Assembly (NCBI RefSeq): GCF_001194135.2
Contig: NC_068997.1
Span: forward strand, 5,106,258-5,170,257
Length of the DNA stretch: 64,000 nucleotides
Reading direction: 5' to 3'
From: Octopus bimaculoides
Lineage: Eukaryota
Part shown: positions 55,901-64,000 of the stretch, piece after piece
How positions within the stretch are numbered: the first letter of the stretch is position 1
Layout of the letters: each line of letters starts with the position of its first letter
Translations under genes and position numbers: made by a program
Notes under the pieces: model-generated
Seen by the model: the letters and a program-made list of their open reading frames with translations, nothing else
Databases searched by the model: none
Told to the model about the DNA's origin: nothing

Positions 55901-57142
55901 AATTTATTATTGCAAAAATGAGGCTCTAAAGGCATGTTGATTATGTCTATGCTCCTGATGAGTCTCTCTCCAGCATCTTCTTAATCTCTCCCACCCGTCC
56001 TCCGATAATCACTACTCACTGTATCCCCCTCCCCTCAATTTCCCACTCATTCCGTCCCTGTGCAAGCCTCTGTACCAATTCACTTATATTCATCTTCCTA
56101 TACCTTGAAGGAATGCTCCACCACATCTTCACCATCATCTCTCTCTCCTCTAAAACTGGAGTAGCCCTGTAACTTCTCTACAATAAGACACCTGTTTTTG
56201 ACCCTTTATTTTACAAAGCTACCTCCTTCAATACTACTCCATGCTTCTCTGTTGAGGGCTCATTATCTTGTAAATCATGTGTGGTACCACATAAAAAGCA
56301 TCCAGTGAACTCCATAAGGTGGTCAGCATTAGGAAGTGCATCCAGCTGTAGAAACCATTACAGAACAGACAGTAGAACTTGTCATAAACTTCTAGTTTGC
56401 CAGCTCCTGTCAATTTGACCAACATATGCCAGTATGGAAAACAGGCATTAAATGGTGATGATGATGAAAATTATATATATTATGTTGGGTTGCATGTGAG
56501 ATCTCTCACGAATGTTACTGGCGACATGGAATCCAATACAAGCTGTTGCATAGTCAGGACATTGGTGACTAAAATGGCACCTTCACTAAGCTGCACCAGG
56601 GATCTCTGTCCCCCATGAATAGCTTTGGTAGATCCTCAGTTCCATGTTGAGTATCTCTGTTAGTAACACAAATGCTTATCCTTAATGCAACTAGAACCGT
56701 ATCCCAATGACTAGCATTTCTCTTTCAATCAGAAGATATTTCTACCCCCAACAATTATTGATACTTTGCAAGGCTCATTTGAGGATCACAATGGAGTACT
56801 CTCACATCGAAGACAGTACTGCTGCTACCCAAACATCCTAGACCACATCCAGAAAACAGTCACCTGAATGACTCGTATTAAGTGACTCACAGACAAAATG
56901 TCTCCTCTCTGGATTCAGAAAAGTGAACATAAAAAACAGAGACATATTTTCCTGAAGGACTGGAAAATTACATATCTGTGTGTGTGTGTGTATATATAGG
57001 CTAATGTTTGAACCTGAAACTTTTATAGTACTAAGTGGATTTGTTGTCATAATTTAATGAACAAATTGTCTTAAATTACATTCCAAACAACAACTTAAAT
57101 AATAAAGCCATGAAGAGGCTCTCTTCCACCAGATCAAAAATA

Positions 57143-57347
57143 TTAACACTTTTGATACCAACCCATCTGAGACTGCGCCTGCTTCTGTGATACAAACTTC
57201 ATGTTTTTAAATAATTTAAATTGAAACCTACTGTAAAAATTTCATGTTAATTTATATACCAAACACCAAACAAGTTATTTCACTAAATTCTTCAGTTTCC
57301 AAAATTAACTGAAACACAGCCAGAGTATTTCAACGGAAAAGGGTTAA
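57143..57347 (+). mobile_element. TTAA MITE (second family)
   Basis: Homologous to 12502-12720; ends aaagggttaa. Confidence 0.6.
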
Positions 57348-57496
57348 AAAAACAATAAAACCTCATTATGATAGAAATACAAGAGAATTAAAAATGCTTA
57401 GATTTTTATTAAGACTGAATTTTTTTATAAATCTGAAATGATGAATGAAATGAAATGAAGAAAAAAAAAAATCTGATAAAATCTAAGAGATGATGT

Positions 57497-57826
57497 TCAA
57501 ATTCGCAGGGCATCTCCCTGCATTTCTTGACTGAGTTGTGTCTGTAAATCACTCAATTTCTTCTTCAGGACTGCAATGGCTGAAAAAACAATATTTTCTG
57601 GCCGCAATGAAGCACATGATTCCACATTGTAGTAGAATTTGTTTGGTTTTCCAGAAGGGTCAAATGGGGCTTGGGCTGAAAAGAAAATGAGATGAAATGT
57701 TTTAGAATTGAAACATACACACAAAGACACATGCATACATATCAGATAATGAGAGCTTGATGCAGGCCATTGACTTATTGGCTCCTGTTGAACTGCCCAA
57801 TGCATACCAGCATGGAAGAAGCAAGC

Positions 57827-57857
<31 letters not shown>

Positions 57858-60800
57858 GTAGATAGACAGATAGATAACTAGATCTAGACTACTACATAGA
57901 TAAATATATGTAACACTGATATGTGAAAGAAATACTACCAACAATAGTGTAACAAATGCATCTTTTGTTTTAAAAGTGAAACACCAATACTTGAACAAGA
58001 TTTTACCAACACTGGTGTGATGAATACATCTTTTTGACAATTATTAAAAGTACCACAGGTCAACTGGTCAGCTAATTTGATCTCAGTTGATCACCTTAAA
58101 CATTTAAAATAATTTTAACAAATGAAAAACGACTGACATGCTGAAGGATTTAAAAACACACAGCAAAACCATTTGGTGCATTCGTTGACTGTATGACTTT
58201 ATACTGAATAGATATCATTTACATAAGATCAAGTTTGTTGTCATTACTATGTCTGTGAAGAGAAAGGAAGTATCAGAGACAACCAAACATTGATAACAAG
58301 GTCTTATAATGCCAGGATTGTGAAATAGTGACATCAATGATTGCACAACATTGTAAAAATCAGACCTCAAATATCTTTTTTAAATCATTATAAACATTAA
58401 ATAATGATGATGATGATTATATTTAGTATAGCTTCCATTGTTTACAACAATCAGATTAGTTATTTGAACAAAATACTCAATTGCTGCCCAAATCAGATAA
58501 TTGAGGTCTAATGGAAGTGGGAGTATATAACTTACGGGGATCATCAGGTTCAAGCTCACTGTATTCACTTCGAGGCCTGAAAGAAAATATAAAGAGAATA
58601 AATATAAAGTTATTAAAAAGACAAACAATAGAATAATTTGATACATATAGAAATAGACAGGACAGTAAATAGAGTATACCATGGCATTATCAAACTTTAT
58701 GTTATGTTGTTCAATTAATTGAGAAGAATAAGAAATCTTCTAGTGGAATGTTGTACATTTATTTATCATGCTATGCTAGCATAGCATGGGTGGTTTGACC
58801 AGGGCTGGTAAGCTGGAAGGGTGCACCAGACTCCAGTCTGATTTGGCATGGTTTTCTATGGCTGGATGCCCTTCCTAATGCCAACCACTCCGAGAGTGTA
58901 ATGCCATTTGCGTGACACCGGTATCTGCCATGACTGTGATTTTGCTTGGCTTGATGGGTCTTCTTCACAAGCACAACATTATGCCAAAGGTCTTGGTCAT
59001 TACCTCTGCGAGACTCAATACTTGAAACGAACTTGGTCCACTTTGACTGCATGAGACCCAACACTGGAAAAGAACTTGGCCACTTTGCCTCCGTGAGGCC
59101 CAACACTCAAAATTAACTCGGCCACTTTGTATCCATGAGGCCCAATGTTTGAAAGGAATTCAGCCACTTTGCCTCTGTGAGGCCCAATGCTTGAAAGGAA
59201 CTCAGCCACTTTGCCTCCGTGAAGCACAACAGTTGAAAGGCAATATATACACACAAATACATAGACACATGATGAGTTTCTTTCAGTTTCTGTCTACCAA
59301 ATTCACTCACAAGACTTTGGTTGGCCTGATGCTTTAGAAGATACTTGCTCAAGGTATACAGTGAGACTGAGCCTGAAACCACATGGTTGGGAAGCAAGCT
59401 TCTTAACCATACAGCCATTCCTGTGCCATTTAAAGTCCATTTCTTATGGTTTTGCAATCTTAGGACATGGACAGAAAACTTTCTTCTGGTTAGAATCACT
59501 GAACTATTCAGCTGATAACATTCCCCTGAAAGCCTAACATTCATTTGTCAACCAGGCTAACTGGAACATGTAGAATCAAATGCCTTGCCCTAGAGACGGT
59601 TGATAGTCATTTTAGTTCTTGAAAACTTACCATTCTTCAGGTTTGGGAAGCAGAGTATGGCGTAAAGCATTGTCTGGATCATATTCAAAGGCGACTCCAC
59701 AAGTTGGATTCCATTTGGCATGCTCCTTGGCAAAACCTTTACGAGCAAAAGCTCGTAGCTTCAGTTCTTGTCCTTTACGAAGTTTTACAATAAGAATATC
59801 TGCAAAATAAAGAGAATTTTACATAAGATCAGAGATGAAGATAAACCATTGAGTGGGGACAGTTTCTAATCACTATAACAATTAGATTTTCTCTGACAAA
59901 TTTCTTACCAAATAACAATCTCAATAGCAATTAAAGGGCCTTCTATATAATTACTTGACCTACTCAATGTCATAGCAAAAATTCCTTAGCAAAATCCCTT
60001 CTGTATTTAACCCTTTAGCATTAAGATTACTGCCAAATATAATACTTGTTTATTCATGTTATTTTGAATTAATCATGCTTTATCTCATAGCATCGATATT
60101 TTGATGAAGTTATTGATTATTATTAGAATGGCATCATAGGGTAGGTGTGAGAGGCCAGATCTGGCCAGTTTAAAAATAAAACAGATAGAATATTTTGGCC
60201 AGATAGGATAAAGAACCCCCTTTGGTCATAAATAACCATGGGATTATCCTCCGAGGCACAAGTCCAGGCAAGGTTGTTTATGGAAGACCAGCAGTCGCTC
60301 ATGCATACCAGCCTCCCCTCTCCACACTACCAATGTTATCTGAGAGAAAAGCAAAGGCTGATACAGCTTGGCACCAGTGAGATCGCAACTCATTTCTACA
60401 ACTGAGTGAACTGGAGCAACATGAAATAAAGTATCTTGCTCAAGACCACAACACAGGAATCGAACTCACTACTTCATGATTGGGAGCCCAACACTCTAAC
60501 CACTGAGCCAGCTGGTTTAAATACTAAAGGATTAAACTAGGAGCCACACAGACATCTTACTTGTTATGAGTGATAAATGTTCAAAGCCAAGTTAATGAAA
60601 GTTGTGGATAGCAATTGCCTTATCAGGATTTTGATTCTCTTTAGATTCTTATCAGACCCACTATAGCTAGACTACAGGCCCCCACCACTTGGAATATATA
60701 TCAATCATCATCATCATTGTTTTAATATCTACTTCTCTGTTGCCAACCCATATTTGTTTCCAAACAAGACAATATTTCTCCATGGCCAGACATGTTACTG

Positions 60801-61360
60801 CAGAAAATTAGAAATGAATGACATTCATTTACAAGAATCATGCAATATAAAAACTTAGAGACAAAACACACACACACTCACATACACCAGGCTTCTTTCA
60901 GTTGGCATCTCTCAAGGCTCTGGTTGCCCAAGGGCTACTTGCCCAAGGTGTAACACAGTGGGACTAAACCCCAAACCATGAAGTTGGGAAGAAAGCTTTT
61001 TAATCACACATCCATACCTGCACCTACATCAATAAAATAAAGTTCCTGCGTAAAAGTGAAAACTCATTAAGGGAAAATATTGTTGTCCAGCCCCAGGTCA
61101 GCTGTGAGGGAGAAGACTAAGATCAAAATCTTTCCAGCCACCATCATCTTGTCTTTCTGTTTTCAAATATAGTGTAACTCCCATTTTTAAGACAAGAGAG
61201 TGTAGTTTAAGAGAAGTTCAGCTGCTATTTCCAAAAGACCCAGCAACTAAGTAGAAGCTCCCTTGTTGTGAGAACACTAGATTATATTATTATTATTTCA
61301 AGATGGCTTACCATCTGTCTCTTCATATTCACTTGCTTCTTCACGATGTCTGGAAGTTAC
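57497..61360 (-). CDS. POLR2C: RNA polymerase II subunit RPB3, 3' four exons (5'-partial, 145 aa)
   Basis: Exons 61360-61312 (49; [16 protein letters not shown]), 59799-59631 (169; [48 protein letters not shown]), 58576-58536 (41; [14 protein letters not shown]), 57675-57497 (179; [29 protein letters not shown]...[11 protein letters not shown]); GT-AG with consistent phases. Confidence 0.96.
59020..59245. repeat. 42-bp minisatellite, about 5.5 units, inside an RTE 3'UTR-like repeat in a POLR2C intron
   Basis: ccactttg recurs at 59038, 59080, 59122, 59164 and 59206. Confidence 0.9.
60008..60510 (-). mobile_element. TTAA MITE interrupted by a tRNA-SINE insertion
   Basis: ttaaccctttagcatt at 60008, MITE body to about 60200, SINE 60215-60510, then residual MITE end gctggtttaaatactaaagg. 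Confidence 0.65.
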
Positions 61361-61437
61361 CTGGAAAAAAATTTCAACAATAATTTCTTTATCATTACCA
61401 TCAGGACCACTTTTTATGCACATAATAAAACCAAGAT

Positions 61438-62267
61438 CGGAGATGCATTCAAAAAGTACCTGACTTTATTTTTTCCTGCCAAAACTAATGCTACATGGGC
61501 AAACTCCTTCAGGTGGTAGGTGATACCACTCTTCCTATGCATGCGTGAACATTTCTGTGCCACTAGGCCATACCAATTTCCAGCTGTTACACCTCGAGTA
61601 CAGACACGTAGTGTGTGCTCATCAGATTTCCATTTTCAGGCAAGATGACCGAATGCATTGAGCAAAGATCATAAACCCATGTCTTTATCACCAGTAATGA
61701 TTGCCTTCATGGAGTCCTGGGTCATGGCTTACACCGTCCATCATGTCCTGAGCGATCTCCATGCAGTGTTGCTTCTGTTGCACCATCAGCACTTTGGGAA
61801 TAAATTTCACTGACACTCTATGCATGCACAAACCCTCCATTAAGATGGAATGCACTGATCCTGTGCTTATTCCCACTTTGTAAGCAATCCCTTGAATTGT
61901 AACATGAGTGTCTTTCATGAGTATTTGACAAACCTTCTCAATTGGCTCCTCATTTCAGCTTGTGGATGGCCTGCCTAGCGTGCCTTGCTTTTCATTGAAA
62001 TGCAATCATGATTGAAGTAATTGTACCACTCCTTGATCTGGGTTTTGCCCATGGCATCATTGTTGAAGGCCTGCTGAATCTTCTGGATGGTTTGAGCTTG
62101 AGTATCACCAAGCTTTGGAAAAATTTGATGCAATATCTCTGCTCGATGCATTTGGTGAAAATGAAAATCCAACAAGTGTGAAGATGCCTGTACTCTAGGC
62201 AAAAGAGCCAGGGACTAATGTGGCCTACCAGCACGAAAATTTTCATGTATGTGCAGGAAGGGTAGCA
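61438..62267. mobile_element. two truncated mariner (DD34D-type) copies in opposite orientation
   Basis: - copy: CIEQRYCIKFFQ..., VTIQGIAYKVGISTGSVHSIL..GLCMHRVSVKFIPKVL (mariner HTH/WVPR-like linker). + copy 61438-61672 is homologous to the 5' leader of the - copy. Confidence 0.8.
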
Positions 62268-63111
62268 NNNNNNNNNNNNNNNNNNNNNNNNNNNNNNNNN
62301 NNNNNNNNNNNNNNNNNNNNNNNNNNNNNNNNNNNNNNNNNNNNNNNNNNNNNNNNNNNNNNNNNNNNNNNNNNNNNNNNNNNNNNNNNNNNNNNNNNNN
62401 NNNNNNNNNNNNNNNNNNNNNNNNNNNNNNNNNNNNNNNNNNNNNNNNNNNNNNNNNNNNNNNNNNNNNNNNNNNNNNNNNNNNNNNNNNNNNNNNNNNN
62501 NNNNNNNNNNNNNNNNNNNNNNNNNNNNNNNNNNNNNNNNNNNNNNNNNNNNNNNNNNNNNNNNNNNNNNNNNNNNNNNNNNNNNNNNNNNNNNNNNNNN
62601 NNNNNNNNNNNNNNNNNNNNNNNNNNNNNNNNNNNNNNNNNNNNNNNNNNNNNNNNNNNNNNNNNNNNNNNNNNNNNNNNNNNNNNNNNNNNNNNNNNNN
62701 NNNNNNNNNNNNNNNNNNNNNNNNNNNNNNNNNNNNNNNNNNNNNNNNNNNNNNNNNNNNNNNNNNNNNNNNNNNNNNNNNNNNNNNNNNNNNNNNNNNN
62801 NNNNNNNNNNNNNNNNNNNNNNNNNNNNNNNNNNNNNNNNNNNNNNNNNNNNNNNNNNNNNNNNNNNNNNNNNNNNNNNNNNNNNNNNNNNNNNNNNNNN
62901 NNNNNNNNNNNNNNNNNNNNNNNNNNNNNNNNNNNNNNNNNNNNNNNNNNNNNNNNNNNNNNNNNNNNNNNNNNNNNNNNNNNNNNNNNNNNNNNNNNNN
63001 NNNNNNNNNNNNNNNNNNNNNNNNNNNNNNNNNNNNNNNNNNNNNNNNNNNNNNNNNNNNNNNNNNNNNNNNNNNNNNNNNNNNNNNNNNNNNNNNNNNN
63101 NNNNNNNNNNN
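62268..63111. other. assembly gap (others: 8001-8164, 30149-30158, 49413-49422)
   Basis: Runs of N. Confidence 1.
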
Positions 63112-63144
63112 TATATATATATATATATATATATATGTATGCAT

Positions 63145-63297
63145 ATCATCATCATCATCATTTAACGTCCGCTTTCCATGCTAGCATGGGTTGGACGATT
63201 TGACTGAGGACTGGTGAAACCAGATGGCAACACCAGGCTCCAATCTAATTTGGCAGAGTTTCTACAGCTGGATGCCCTTCCTAACGCCAACCACTCA
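63145..63297 (-). mobile_element. young RTE 3'UTR copy
   Basis: Nearly identical to the 40.8 and 48.1 kb copies. Confidence 0.85.
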
Positions 63298-63938
63298 TAT
63301 AAAAATGAGAATGTGTGTCTGTGTGAATCCCTAAAACTTGAGAACTACACAACCAATTTCATTCAAATTTCACACATGCCTTACTTAGGATCCATGTAGT
63401 GTCATAGGGCAAAAATTTTTTTTACTTCTTGTCTAGTGCGAGCCAAGAGCAATATCATATTTTGTTCACTATTTCATTATTACGTGTCAAAAGTGAAACA
63501 ATATCTCTCTATTGTAATGTTACATACTTTCACTTTAATAGTTTCACTTTAAAATTGAAACTATTAAAGTGAAACTATTATCTCACATATATACAAGCAT
63601 ACATACATATATACAAACATACATACATATACAATATATATATATTATGTATATATATAGACATATATATGTATGTATGTATACATCTGCACAAATGTGT
63701 GTGTATATATATATATATATACATGTATATATAATTATTACAAATTAAAAGGGTAAAGGATTATCAATTTATTAATTCATTAATAAATCAACAATTAATA
63801 ATTAACAATTTTTACCAAGCCCATCGGTATGTAAGCACCATTATTGGTGGAGAACTTATTTAAAAGCTCATATATTTATAAACATAATTAAGGGATCAGC
63901 AAATATTTGCTTCACCATATATCGAAGTTCAGAAATAG

Positions 63939-64000
63939 CAGCTAAAAAAGCTGAGACTCCCACAGATAGCTATCTGTGGGAGTCTCAGCTTTTTTAGCTG
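63939..64000. repeat. perfect 62-bp palindrome (31-bp arms, no spacer) running to the window edge
   Basis: cagctaaaaaagctgagactcccacagatag|ctatctgtgggagtctcagcttttttagctg. Confidence 0.95.

Noticed and set aside
61992-63203. Long ORFs of 309-389 aa in the track
   Set aside because: Composed almost entirely of X from the N gap (same for 7868-8257).

Overview
Eukaryotic, AT-rich, microsatellite- and TE-dense draft-assembly window with four N gaps. The repeat families suggest an octopus/coleoid cephalopod (inference). I rebuilt three spliced protein-coding genes by hand from splice sites and phase. (1) + strand, 5'-truncated CNC-bZIP factor (Nrf1/Nrf2/CncC), 9 exons in 1-20446, with DLG and ETGE Keap1 degrons, a polyQ, a Neh6-like degron and many N-glycosylation sequons. 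(2) - strand, complete intron-containing Hsc70 (652 aa, GGMP repeats, PTIEEVD), CDS 34383-30935, with a non-coding first exon and a TATA/Inr/HSE promoter near 36.8 kb. (3) - strand, last four exons of POLR2C/RPB3 (61360-57497). The rest is decayed mobile DNA: RTE-type LINE fragments including young 3'UTR copies, tRNA-SINEs, TTAA piggyBac-like MITEs, maT/Tc1/mariner remnants, a Ty3/Gypsy pol remnant and a Penelope-like GIY-YIG tail. No clearly novel gene system is demonstrable. The best leads are the hybrid Nrf1/Nrf2 architecture with inverted MITEs flanking an in-frame degron cassette, an unusually diverged Hsc70 ATPase domain, candidate intronic snoRNAs, a degenerate hammerhead ribozyme behind the Penelope fragment, a TTAGGG-bearing MITE, an inverted mariner pair, and a perfect 62-bp palindrome at the window end.
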